The notes beneath the pieces were generated by a model that saw only the letters and a program-made list of their open reading frames with translations, was not told where the DNA came from and searched no databases. A stretch of 63,761 nt of DNA, filler included, from Aduncisulcus paluster (Eukaryota), in NCBI GenBank assembly GCA_024181965.1. It is 5 parts of 5 records of this genome, joined end to end, with 100 filler letters (N's around TTAATTAATTAA, not from the genome) between each part and the next. Parts side by side here need not be neighbours in the genome. Positions count along the whole stretch, not along the records: positions 10,259 to 34,116 come from BQXS01012581.1; 4 more parts are not named here. One strand, 5' to 3'. A program made the translations under genes and the position numbers. Below are positions 10,455 through 21,372 of this stretch, piece after piece (the first letter of the stretch is position 1; each line of letters begins with the position of its first letter).

Positions 10455-10850
10455 TTGTCTTCCTTACATCAATGTACATTGTTGTCCAGGTGAGTCCATA
10501 GTCTTTTAGCTTGTCTATGGTTGCTCTAATCCCATGATGTCCGGTTGTTGCAGAGTGAAAATGTCTGATTAGTGCGAGGTGTAAGCTTTTGTCCTCAGGT
10601 ATATAAATATTTCCTGTGGATATTGAGGTCCAGAGATCTCCTTCTCGTTCGTGAGTGGATGGGTCTGGAGGAGCTTCTTCTTGCGCATCTTTGATCAACT
10701 TCCTTATTTCCTCATCATCTATAAGGATTCGGTTGACATCATTTGTCCCTATCAGTCTAGAAAGTGTATCCGCGGTGATGTTTTCCTTTCCCTTGATATG
10801 CCTGATGTCGTAATCGTATTGCATTAGGTAGAGATAGTATCTCGAGATGA
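10455..10850 (-). mobile_element. Ty3/Gypsy LTR-retrotransposon pol fragment (end of RNase H plus integrase Zn-binding region)
   Basis: YLYLMQYDYDIRHIKGKENITADTLSR (RNase H C-terminal motif) and LIRHFHSATTGHHGIRATIDKLKDYGLTW..MYIDV (integrase HH region), broken before the CxxC. Confidence 0.9.
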
Positions 10851-11363
10851 TGAGTAACGATTCACACTGCCACTCCATCCACGATGGCTTGGAAGATGAT
10901 TGTCCGGTTGATGTTGGTATCTAATATCATCAAGGCTGGAAAGAGTATGGATGCCATCTCAATGGGTTCCACTATCAAGAACCCTCACAGCCCCGATGAA
11001 GCTCTCCTCATTGATAGCTGTCCCTGAGCTGAACAAGCTTCTTCTCGCTGCTTTGCAAAGTACTTTGCTTAACTGTTATTTGAAGCTTCTGATTCAGAAG
11101 TTTCTATACTTGAGAATGCTTAAGTAAAGCAAGTAACTAAAGAGATATTGCGATACCGTGAGAAAATGATGTTTACAAATTTATTGTATTGGGAGAATCA
11201 TTGGTTTTGCCCTGGGGTAAACTCCCTGAAACGAGTGATATCCCTTCTGTTTTTCGACTAGATCATGACTTTTGATTGATCAGCCATTTAGATCTGCTAT
11301 CTTTTCTGATCTATTCTGTCGAAGATATGCTGAGGACATATTTATAAATTAATGCCTATCTAT

Positions 11364-14300
11364 CTACTTCTCTCCTTCGAATTTACAATTATCAACAAAC
11401 CTTTGATAATCGTTATCAAAAATTGTACAAAACGCCTCTTCTTCATCCTTTTCTTCTTTTTCTTTTAAATCCTTTGATTTAACTTTAATGAGGTCAAGAA
11501 ATTCATCATCAGCTTCGATTAGCTTTAATCTCAATAAATCCTCAATTCTTCCATTCTCATTGCACCATTTCATGGCTGAATCAAACCTAGGAGATATTTG
11601 AAGAACAAGAGATGGAACAGAAGAGAACATGGAGATGAGTCTGGACAATATAGGAATACCATATCCTGCTCTCTTGGATTGGATAGCTTTAAACCAACCT
11701 TCGAGAAGATATTTAATGTTATCGAAGACTTCAACAGCATGTGGTGGATCATAACATAGGTTGGAGAAGAAGAATAGAACCCATTCGTGCTCATCCTCAA
11801 CAATCTTATCCCCAACAAACTCTCTCTTAACAACATTGAGAACAGGGTGGAAGAGAGGCCAAGCTTCAGAACACATGGATTTGTTGGGGGTTGAATCATC
11901 ACTTGAGAGGGTGATAAATGATAGAATAACCATCCATTGTCCATAACACTCACTATCATTGTATATCCTCAACCAATCTCTGATATATGGTTTGATGAGG
12001 GTGAGAATAGAGGATCGAGTGGAAGAAGAGGGAGAATTAGAGATGTTTCTGAGAGTCATTAATAAACATTGAGCAACATCACCTCCCAACTTCTCCTTAC
12101 TTCCTCTCTCAAGAATACGTTGGAAAGTGGGGGAGATCTTTGGAAGGAAGGAATCCCATTTATCTTTAACTTTGTGAGTATAACACACACAAATCCAACA
12201 ATACTCTTCATCAACATCTCCTTCCAACACTTCCTCACATCTTGATAGATGACCAATGAAAGTGTCAATAAGATCATTCAGATCAAGAATAGGGAGATAG
12301 ATATCATTTTCAGAAATATCATGTCTAACAAACTCATCTAAACACTGAACACAAAGAACAATCTCTCTCTTGTTCTCTTCAATCTCACTCTTTGCTTGGA
12401 ATGCAAGGAAGACAGAAAGAATATCATCTCGATGTTCATGGTATAGTTTGGAAGTTAATTCTGGGTCAGGACATATTTCAATAAATTCAACTAATTCTGA
12501 CCATTTCTTTAGAGAAGGATAACAGTTAACAAGATATCTTGAATAATCATCATACCGACCCCCATTATTCTTGCACCATTCCATGTAGGCATCATATTTA
12601 GGAGATATGTGAGGAACAAGAGATGGAACAGTGGAGAGCATGGAAATGAGATAGGACCAGTATTCGATTCCCAAATCATGTTCTTCATTCTTTATAACTG
12701 TAAACCACAACTCAAGAAGATCCTTAACATTATCATAGACTTCAACAGCATGTGATGGATTACAACATAAGTGGGAGAAGAATAATAAAACCCATTCATG
12801 ATAATCCCCAACAATCTTATCCCCAACAAACTCTCTCTTAACAACATCAAGAATAGGGTGGAAGAGAGGCCAAGCTTCAGAACAGAGGGATTTGTTGGGG
12901 GTTGAATCATCACTTGAGAGGGTGATTTTTGATAGAATAAACATCCATCTTCCATAACACTTACTATCATTGTATATCCTCAACCAATCTCTGATATATG
13001 GTTTGATGAGGGTGAGAATAGAGGATCGAGTGGAAGAAGAGGGAGACATAGAGATGTTTCTGAGAGTTTTTAATAAGTTTAGAGCAACACCACCTCCCAA
13101 CTTCTCCTTACTTCCTCTCTCAAGAATACGTTGGAAAGTGGGGGAGATCTTTGGAAGGAAGGAATCCCATTTATCTTGAACTAAACCAGAATAATTCACA
13201 CAAATCCCACAATACTCTTCATCAACATCTCCTTCCAACACTTCCTCACATCTTGATAGATGATCAATGAAAGTGTCAATGAGATCATTCAGATCAGGAA
13301 TAGGGAGAAAGATAGAATTTCCAGAAATATTATGACAAACAAACCATTGTAAACACTGAGAACAGAGAATAATCTCTCTCTTGTGATCTGTAATCATGTT
13401 ATTTGTATCGTACGCATGAAAAACTGACATAAGCTCATTTCGTCGTTCCATATAGAGTTTTGAAGTTGATTCTATATCGGATCCTTTCTTGATTTTACCA
13501 ACTAATTTTAGAAACCAAAGAGTTAGATTACGGTTTTCATGATATCTTGTATAATCTTCATTCAAACCACAGTTCTGATAGCACCATTCCATATTAACAT
13601 CATATTTGGAAGATATGAAAGGGACAAGAGATGGAACAGTGGAAAACATGGAAATGAGATGGAACCAGTGTTTGATTCCCCAATCATGATGTTTCCTCTT
13701 TATAACTGTAAACCAACCATCAAGAAGATCTTTAACGTTATCATAGACTTCAACAGCATGCGATGGATCACAACATAGGTCGGAGAAAAAGCATAAAACT
13801 CTTTCATGATTATCCCCAACAATCTTATCCCCAACAAACTCTCTCTTAACAACATCAAGAACAGGGTGGAAGAGAGGCCAAGCTTCAGAACACATGGATT
13901 TGTTGGGGGTTGAATCATCACTTGAGAGGGTGATAAATGATAGAATAAGCATCCAATATCCATAACACTCACTATCATTGTATATCCTCAACCAATCTCT
14001 GATATATGGTTTGATGAGGGTGAGAATAGAGGATCGAGTGGAAGAAGAAGGAGAATTAGAGATGTTTTTGATAGTTTTTAATAAACGTGGAGCAACATCA
14101 CCTCCCAACTTCTCCTTACTTCCTCTCTCAAGAATACGTTGGAGAGTGGGGGAGATCTTTGGAAGGAAAGAATCCCATTTATCTTGAACTAAACCAGAAT
14201 AATTGATACAAATCCCACAATACTCTCCATCAACATCTCCTTCCAACACTTCCTCATATCTTGATAGATGATCAATGAAAGTGTCAATGAGATCATTCAG

Positions 14301-17300
14301 ATCAGGAATAGGGAGATAGATATCATTTTCAGAAATAAAATGTCCAACAAACCATCTTAAACATTGAACACCAAGAACAATCTCTCTCTTGTGCTCTTTA
14401 ATCTCACTATTTGATTGGATTTTAAGAAAGACAGAAAGAATCTCATCTCGATGTTCATGGTAGAGTTTGGAAGTGGATTCCGAGTCAGGGCATTTCTTGA
14501 TAGATCCAACCAATTCTGACCATTTTTTCAGAGAAGGATAGCAGTTACCGATATATATCGTATAATCTTCATAAAACGCCCCATTATTCTTACACCATAC
14601 CATGTTGGTATCATATTTAGGAGATATGTGAGGAACAAGAGATGGAACAGTGGAGAACATGGAAATGAGTCTGAACGAGTATTTGATTCCCCGATTACCA
14701 TCATCTTTCCCTTCTTCACTCTTCTTTTTTATCATCTCAAACCAACCATCAAGAAGACCATCTTTAATACAATCATGCACTTCAACAGCTTGGGAAGGAA
14801 TACAACTCAAGTTAGCAAAGAAACATAAACAACGAATGACAGCATCATCATCAAATGTAATACCTTTGGAAGCAGTATCCTTAATCACATCCAAGACAGG
14901 ATGGAAGACAAACCAGAGTTGTGAGGAACGATATTTATGAGGATCGGTGTTATCTTTATCATTCGTGATATTCTTCAAGGTGTTTGTCCATAAGAAAAAG
15001 AACTTCTTGTCAGGATACTTCTTCATCCAAGGTAAGATGTGAGGGAGAAGAAAGGATAAAAGAGAGTTCTTGGTGGGATCATCTTTAGCAAATGCAATAT
15101 TTCTGCATGTTTGTAGGATGTCCTCAATAAAAGAATCTTCAAATTTCTTGGATAGGCCAAGAATAAACATCTTGGAGAGGAGGGAAGAAATTTGGGGCAA
15201 AATGGTTGGAGAAAGCAATAATTCAGTCATTTCAACACATGTCGCAATACCAATTATCCTAAATAATAACATTGTAATGGAATTCACTCCAACATCATCA
15301 GTTCCAATTCCACCTTCTTCCTCCTCCTCTTCTTCTTCTTCTTTCACTCTCAGAATATTTTCAACTCGGATCATTGAAGGCAAGAAAATGTCATTAATGT
15401 TATTGATGGAATATCTATCCAGAATAACCTCAATATCATCCTTATCTTCCTTCAAAGTCCCATCTCCTTTTGTAACTTTATGCTTCACGAACAAGGACAA
15501 ACATTCGAAACAAAGCTCAAAGAGATCTATATTGGATGTGATAGCAGAGGGTGAAGAAGAAGCGAATTCATCAAAGATAGCCTTGAGACGAGGATATGAT
15601 TCTTTGTAAAGGGATGTGATGGCAGGTTGAGACTCAGTTCTTTTGATTGACATAATCAAGGATTTTAATTCAAATTCTTTCATCTTTACATCATCTGTTT
15701 TGAGTTCCTCTCTCTTTTTCTTCTCTTCTTCAACGATTCTCCTCAAATCTTCTTCTTTTGAAACACTTGAAATTGAACCTGTTGTTTTGGCTTCTCTCTC
15801 ACTTTGGCGTTCTGATGGAATGGATGTGGATGAAACTGTGCCATCACTTTCTTTAATACCTTCACTTTCCTTTTCAACAATATATCCACGGTAACCTCCA
15901 TATTTTGCAAGCTGAGCCTTCACAATATCGCCAATGGATGGACATTCCCACCCTTCTCCAATCTTTGGAAGAAGAGGTTTGATGGATTGAACTTTCTCAC
16001 AAGCTTCATGAACACTCATACGTTTGGCAACTTCCAAAGTTGTCAATCCTTCGAATATTTCATTCAGACAGGAATAAACAGGTTCAAACTCACCACTGTT
16101 AATCGTTAATATCGAATCAAAAAGAGGAGAACTGGAGAGTTTTGGACCAATTCCTTCGGATAACAGCTTTAAGAGTTTTCCAACAAATTCAGTTGGAGAG
16201 GATGCATTCTGCAAAAGACGCATTTCATAGAATGGATTGCAACACTGGAATAAAGCAAGAATGGTAATACCGAGCGAGTAAGCATCACTTTTTTGAGAGT
16301 GCATGCCTTGAAGAGCTTCAAATGAGTCATATCCAAATGTACCACATAATACATGGTTGGTTGACGATTTTGAACTTTGAGATACACCCGTAGAAGAAGA
16401 TTCCGAATAAAAATATCCAAGAGTAACAGATCTTTTGATTAGAGCGAGACCATGATCAGAAAGAACAGCAGTACATTCACTACTTTTGCGATCAACCTTA
16501 ATCAAAAAGTTCTCAGGCTTAATATCTCGATGAATGAACCTTGGATTAGCTTTAAATACATCATCAAGACACTCAATGATCTCAACACAGAGAGCACTCA
16601 CTTTAAGCGGGTCAAGAGTCATGGGATCAAAACGATGAGGGAATGAGGCAAGATCAGAGCTTGAATCTTTTAAGAAAGATACATTTTTTATGCACCACCT
16701 TCTGTTAAATTCTTTCACACTACCTCCAGCACAATACTCCATGATAAAACCAAAACTACCGTTGAATTCCTTATCAAGAAGGTCAAGAATAAATATTGGA
16801 TAAGGGATACGATTCCTACAGTTTTCATATAATTTACGTTGTATTTTGAACTCTTTGCGACACATTCGAACAAGATCTAAACTGCCAACATAAATCATCT
16901 TCTTCAGAACACATGGGAAATCAACACCCTTATCATGAACATCAACAAGCAGCACCTCTCCGAATCCACCCCTACCAATGATGCACAAAGGAGTGATAGA
17001 GGAGGCCGAAGTTAGAGTCGTTAGACCAATTTTTGGAGAATGACTTAATACCTCAACAAATTCCCTATTATTCGGAGAAGTGCTAGAAGAGGCAGATATC
17101 AGTGTTAAACCATCAGATTTGGCAATAGATTCCCTTGATGGAGGCTGATGAAGAGCATGAATGGCTGGATATGATGGACGATGTGTGATTGGGGATTGAA
17201 GAATTGAAGAATCTAAATCTGAAAGTGAACTTGATGAAACAGACGATACACTTTTATCCATATCCTGAGCAATTATAGTTTCTTTTTCAGACCTACCCGA

Positions 17301-17435
17301 TTGAATGTCATGAGTTGATGTACTTGAGTCCATACCTCCCGGATCATCTCGTTTGTCATAATCACTTTGAGTTGATGACCTCGAAAACTCTTCTTCTTCA
17401 TCTGTGTCGTATTCCATATGTAAATTTTGATCCAT
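11364..17435 (-). CDS. Ser/Thr protein kinase fused to tandem ~336-aa ARM/HEAT-like helical repeats (~2,020 aa)
   Basis: GRGGFGEV, VLKK, IMEYCAGGS, HRDIKPEN, SDHGLA (DFG variant), CGTFGY, KSDAYSLG. C-terminal half is repeats of LLKTLRNIS...IRDWLRIY...AWPLFHPVLDVVKREF. ATG at 17435. Confidence 0.93.
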   Translation of the reverse strand: MDQNLHMEYDTDEEEEFSRSSTQSDYDKRDDPGGMDSSTSTHDIQSGRSEKETIIAQDMDKSVSSVSSSSLSDLDSSILQSPITHRPSYPAIHALHQPPSRESIAKSDGLTLISASSSTSPNNREFVEVLSHSPKIGLTTLTSASSITPLCIIGRGGFGEVLLVDVHDKGVDFPCVLKKMIYVGSLDLVRMCRKEFKIQRKLYENCRNRIPYPIFILDLLDKEFNGSFGFIMEYCAGGSVKEFNRRWCIKNVSFLKDSSSDLASFPHRFDPMTLDPLKVSALCVEIIECLDDVFKANPRFIHRDIKPENFLIKVDRKSSECTAVLSDHGLALIKRSVTLGYFYSESSSTGVSQSSKSSTNHVLCGTFGYDSFEALQGMHSQKSDAYSLGITILALFQCCNPFYEMRLLQNASSPTEFVGKLLKLLSEGIGPKLSSSPLFDSILTINSGEFEPVYSCLNEIFEGLTTLEVAKRMSVHEACEKVQSIKPLLPKIGEGWECPSIGDIVKAQLAKYGGYRGYIVEKESEGIKESDGTVSSTSIPSERQSEREAKTTGSISSVSKEEDLRRIVEEEKKKREELKTDDVKMKEFELKSLIMSIKRTESQPAITSLYKESYPRLKAIFDEFASSSPSAITSNIDLFELCFECLSLFVKHKVTKGDGTLKEDKDDIEVILDRYSINNINDIFLPSMIRVENILRVKEEEEEEEEEGGIGTDDVGVNSITMLLFRIIGIATCVEMTELLLSPTILPQISSLLSKMFILGLSKKFEDSFIEDILQTCRNIAFAKDDPTKNSLLSFLLPHILPWMKKYPDKKFFFLWTNTLKNITNDKDNTDPHKYRSSQLWFVFHPVLDVIKDTASKGITFDDDAVIRCLCFFANLSCIPSQAVEVHDCIKDGLLDGWFEMIKKKSEEGKDDGNRGIKYSFRLISMFSTVPSLVPHISPKYDTNMVWCKNNGAFYEDYTIYIGNCYPSLKKWSELVGSIKKCPDSESTSKLYHEHRDEILSVFLKIQSNSEIKEHKREIVLGVQCLRWFVGHFISENDIYLPIPDLNDLIDTFIDHLSRYEEVLEGDVDGEYCGICINYSGLVQDKWDSFLPKISPTLQRILERGSKEKLGGDVAPRLLKTIKNISNSPSSSTRSSILTLIKPYIRDWLRIYNDSECYGYWMLILSFITLSSDDSTPNKSMCSEAWPLFHPVLDVVKREFVGDKIVGDNHERVLCFFSDLCCDPSHAVEVYDNVKDLLDGWFTVIKRKHHDWGIKHWFHLISMFSTVPSLVPFISSKYDVNMEWCYQNCGLNEDYTRYHENRNLTLWFLKLVGKIKKGSDIESTSKLYMERRNELMSVFHAYDTNNMITDHKREIILCSQCLQWFVCHNISGNSIFLPIPDLNDLIDTFIDHLSRCEEVLEGDVDEEYCGICVNYSGLVQDKWDSFLPKISPTFQRILERGSKEKLGGGVALNLLKTLRNISMSPSSSTRSSILTLIKPYIRDWLRIYNDSKCYGRWMFILSKITLSSDDSTPNKSLCSEAWPLFHPILDVVKREFVGDKIVGDYHEWVLLFFSHLCCNPSHAVEVYDNVKDLLELWFTVIKNEEHDLGIEYWSYLISMLSTVPSLVPHISPKYDAYMEWCKNNGGRYDDYSRYLVNCYPSLKKWSELVEFIEICPDPELTSKLYHEHRDDILSVFLAFQAKSEIEENKREIVLCVQCLDEFVRHDISENDIYLPILDLNDLIDTFIGHLSRCEEVLEGDVDEEYCWICVCYTHKVKDKWDSFLPKISPTFQRILERGSKEKLGGDVAQCLLMTLRNISNSPSSSTRSSILTLIKPYIRDWLRIYNDSECYGQWMVILSFITLSSDDSTPNKSMCSEAWPLFHPVLNVVKREFVGDKIVEDEHEWVLFFFSNLCYDPPHAVEVFDNIKYLLEGWFKAIQSKRAGYGIPILSRLISMFSSVPSLVLQISPRFDSAMKWCNENGRIEDLLRLKLIEADDEFLDLIKVKSKDLKEKEEKDEEEAFCTIFDNDYQRFVDNCKFEGEK
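11570..15150 (-). repeat. Three near-identical ~1,008-1,011-bp tandem repeats plus a diverged partial fourth, inside the kinase gene
   Basis: Same sequence recurs at 11941, 12952 and 13960 (CCATAACAC..ACTATCATTGTATATCCTCAACCAATCTCTG); a diverged copy lies at ~14530-15150. Confidence 0.95.
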
Positions 17436-17913
17436 ATTTATATGTTTTTGACCTGTATTATATTCGATAATGGTGTATTTTAACAAGACAATGATGAAAA
17501 TTAGTGTTGTGGACGAACTAAATTAAATTGAAAATGGATCCCGGCATAATGGGTATTAATGACATACAATATGGAGATTTTCGATGTATAATATTTTGGA
17601 ATGTTGTCCAAATGGCGTCAAATGAGCTCAAACAACCTTTTCTCAAAATAGATATTTTAAATGTATTATTGATCGTATTTATGAGATATAATATTCACAT
17701 AATGCCCGACACTTCCATAAAATTGGACTCAGATGGTAAGAATGTAGATTTTATCAAAAGTTCGCTGTAATTCGTTATTGACAACAACAATCTGGTGAAA
17801 TATAAATGAGAACAGATTTCATTCTGCTTTATAAATATATTCATGACCATCTATCAAGGAAGATTATCTTAATGCAACTTGTAAGTTTTGGTTTCATAAA
17901 AGTCTTGTTTTGC

Positions 17914-18395
17914 CCGGTAAGATTTGAAATGAATTCTTTAATTTATCTAAAATGAAACTTAATTTATGAGTTCCATTGAAAAAATAGAAACATGTCTTCC
18001 ATAATATCATAATCAGAGCTGATGTGATAGTTCTCCTTTCTTCACGAAGTTCTTTGCCTTCTATAGATCTTCTTCTTTTTCACCCACAAGTAATGGCAAT
18101 AATGATGACAAAACTAGCACAAAACTAGCATAAAACTAGCACAANNNNNNNNNNNNNNNNNNNNCCGGTAAGATTTGAAATGAATTCTTTAATTTATCTA
18201 AAATGAAACTTAATTTATGAGTTCCATTGAAAAAATAGAAACATGTCTTCCATAATATCATAATCAGAGCTGATGTGATAGTTCTCCTTTCTTCACGAAG
18301 TTCTTTGCCTTCTATAGATCTTCTTCTTTTTCACCCACAAGTAATGGCAATAATGATGACAAAACTAGCACAAAACTAGCATAAAACTAGCACAA
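17914..18395. repeat. Gap-flank duplication (17914-18144 = 18165-18395), assembly overlap
   Basis: Exact 231-bp copy either side of a 20-N gap. Confidence 0.9.
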
Positions 18396-19154
18396 TATAG
18401 CCATGAATCTATCGAATGACAGAACCAGAAATGCTCCAGACTAAGACAAAAAAGGTATTGAATTGAATATAACCGAAGAATTGAATGCTGTGTCAAAACA
18501 CATTGTTGCAATATTTTCCAATACATTATTTATTTATTTATTTTTATTTAAATCCCTGGTCCATTCTTGGAGCTCAGCCGAAACTAAACCTTTGTCACAA
18601 TCAAGACGGTCTTGAAACTAATCACTTTGATCTATCCTGTTCTACCTGACAATTCTAATATTATCATGGTGTTATCGACTCAACTACATTTATTATGAAC
18701 AATAAGTCTATTCTTGTCCAGCAAAACAGACTCGTAATATTATAATTATAATTCTCCAACTTATCATGCTCTATTCTCAAAGAATGATCAATATCCTCCC
18801 CAATTGTCTTAGTTGAAGGTTTAAAGTAGACTAATGTGCCAACAAAATCCCGGTTTAGCCGGTTATTGAGCAAGACATGCTCCAAACAAGAAAAAATAAA
18901 GACAAAAAGAAAATAATGGGCAAAAAACATATAGTCAGCAACAAATCATATAGAGTAGAGGCGAGTATCAATATATTGGAGTTGGAAAGCTTAAAGTACC
19001 ATTCAATAGCTGATAGGGGTTGTTTAATGATAGAAAAAGGAAAGTCTTAGTGGAGGAAATGTTATTGAAATAGAAAGAATATCATTGGAGGGATAGAAAA
19101 CTGTGTGGGAAGCCTTAGGAGTTGTTTTAGGAAACTATTCTAGGGTTAGACATA

Positions 19155-19733
19155 CTAGAGGAACGCCATCGAAGCTCTGGCTCTCTTGGTAAAGCCAGCT
19201 CTGTCGAGAAGTTTGGATATGGCCTTGTCGGCCGATCCAAATGCTCTCATGAGCACAGCTTGTCCGATGCGTCTCCGAAGTAGCCTCAGCCTCGTCATAT
19301 AGACAGCTTTGTCACCTTCTTTGGAGGAGATGCGTTGTTTCGGATTTCCATACCAAGCAACAATCTTTTTCAAGAAAGAGAGAGCCTCAGATCCGACGGT
19401 ACCAATGGAGTCAACAGCAAAAGGTATAAATGTAATAGAACTGTTGGCAATTTGGACCATCTCACCGAGGGAGCTTACAGGGGAGCCTCTGCGGAGTCTT
19501 TCGCGAGTGCGAACAGCAGCAAGGTTCAAATAGACTTGACGCTTGCTCTGTTCAGCAGCTTTCACGGGCGATTCGACCTCCTTGATGACATCCTTCATAG
19601 TCATGCTGTCCCTGTGTGATTGAGAACGTTGGGTCCTGTTGGTTGATGGGCGGGTTTGATTGGTACCAGCAGAGTCCCCAGAATCATGGGTTTCAGTGGG
19701 GGTCCTACGAGCCTCTTTTATCAAAAACGCCAT
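19155..19733 (-). mobile_element. 5'-truncated non-LTR retrotransposon, C-terminal restriction-like endonuclease (RLE) region, CRE/R2-type
   Basis: AAEQSKRQVY...TFIPFAVDSIGTVGSEALSFLKKI...RRRIGQAVL fits the RLE tail consensus (K..KY...F.P.A.E/D..G..G..A..FL). GC-richer than the flanks. Confidence 0.75.
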
Positions 19734-19930
19734 AACTAATGCTAATACTGCAATAATCTATTTCTTACTCAACAATATTATAAATTGGCTTTACATTTAT
19801 CGATTATTTATTATTGTAAAAAAGGTATTTCTATCCAAATTTTTAGAAGATTTCATGCAGATAATTTTCTCTACTCATTACAGTTCGCTTTGGGAGCACT
19901 TCATTGCGCAAGATCTGGTGATTTTATTCT

Positions 19931-20752
19931 ATGGGTGATAATTACCAAGTAACTTTCTACTATTTAGGTTGGATCTCCACCATTGCCTGGGCTATTAGCA
20001 GTTCGTGTTTTGTTGTCGTAACTTTAATACGCAAGAGTTTTGTGAAAGGAACTTCCATTGCACACTACTGTCTCCATCTTTATGCTTATTTCTTGTATTC
20101 AATTTATAGTCTTTTGGGATATTTAAATGTCGGTGACGTTGGTGATGTTGTGTTTGTGTATTCCTTCGATCTTACCAATTCTCTTTTAACGATGTTCTTT
20201 TCTGGCATAAACATCCTTATATACCTTAAATATAGGCCTGATAAAACGGAAAAGATCGCTGATGTTCCTTTTAAGATGATATATATCACTGCCATCATTG
20301 CTGCCGCTTTATTTCTTCTTCACGTCGTTATTTGGGACACTCCCGATTGGATTGGCCCTGTAGAAGCACTTGGAACGATCAAAGTCGTTGTAATTTCTTA
20401 CCATTGGTATTATTTTGGTGTGACTCGTTCAAAGAAAAAAGAGCAACCTGAAACTCCATATAATAATACCGCAAACCATATATGTATCGTTGCTTATTGC
20501 TTTAGTACTGTCGGTTCTGTCTGTTTGTTTGCGCAGATGATTGTCGCTGCTATAGGTGATGGAAATGTTTGGGAAATGTTTGGAAATATTCCCAAGCTCC
20601 TGACAACATTGTTTTCCGTCGGTTTTAATGTTTTCATGATTAAAATCCACCTTAAAATGAAATTGGAATATAACAGATGCGCGGAAGCCACCCATTTGAT
20701 TCCCACTGAATCAGCCAACATATCTTCAACCACTCGCATTGAAGGGGTATAA
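19931..20752 (+). CDS. Cystinosin/ERS1-like 7-TM lysosomal transporter (PQ-loop family, PQ motifs degenerate)
   Basis: LGWISTIAWAISS...RKSFVKGTSI...L.LYAYFLYSIY and STVGSVCLFAQMI...FGNIPKLL..LFSV.FNV..I.IH parallel the cystinosin TM1-2 and TM6-7 regions. Confidence 0.75.
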   Translation: MGDNYQVTFYYLGWISTIAWAISSSCFVVVTLIRKSFVKGTSIAHYCLHLYAYFLYSIYSLLGYLNVGDVGDVVFVYSFDLTNSLLTMFFSGINILIYLKYRPDKTEKIADVPFKMIYITAIIAAALFLLHVVIWDTPDWIGPVEALGTIKVVVISYHWYYFGVTRSKKKEQPETPYNNTANHICIVAYCFSTVGSVCLFAQMIVAAIGDGNVWEMFGNIPKLLTTLFSVGFNVFMIKIHLKMKLEYNRCAEATHLIPTESANISSTTRIEGV

Positions 20753-21372
20753 AATTGAGAATTAATACCCATTTGTTCACATCGTTTGTAAATGTAACTC
20801 TTTCGCTCTTAGTTGTTTCTTTGAAGAAAATGGAAACTTTATTCCTTTTTCTCTGCAAGAGGAGCTTCCTTTCATTTTTGTTTTTTGTTATGCCACATTA
20901 GTGGTTATTTTTCGTTTTTTTCGTTGTAATATGGAATGAAAGCTTCAATAAGATTTAGTTTTTGTGAGATAATATATAATTGTTTTTAAATGCCCGCTGA
21001 ATCGAATAAATTCTTGATGACATGCTTAATTCTCTAAAGAAATATTGTTGAATACAAGAAAACCATTGATCGGAAAGTTGATCAGTGCCTCCAAATATTC
21101 AAATACTTTTCGATATTTGAATATTTTGTCTAATTATAGATGCCGAGTAACTCTTTGAAAAATGATGATCTTTCCCATAATAAAGAACAATAAACAAGAA
21201 ATAATATCCAGAAAAAAAAATGATTTTGCACAAAAATTATATAAATAAATCAATTAAAATAAATAAATTTCATGGTTTTATAACATCCCCAAAAATGTAG
21301 ATTATCTCCCCAAAACAATATGAAAATCCCACTTCAAAATATTATATTTTGTCGGACTATATAATTTATAAA

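Noticed and set aside
11570..15150. Diversity-generating retroelement (TR/VR) explanation of the repeat variation
   Set aside because: Differences involve all four bases rather than adenines only, and no DGR reverse transcriptase is present.
19155..19733. ORF begins and ends with MAFL, suggesting a terminal repeat
   Set aside because: Only 8 nt (AACGCCAT) are shared, which is compatible with chance.
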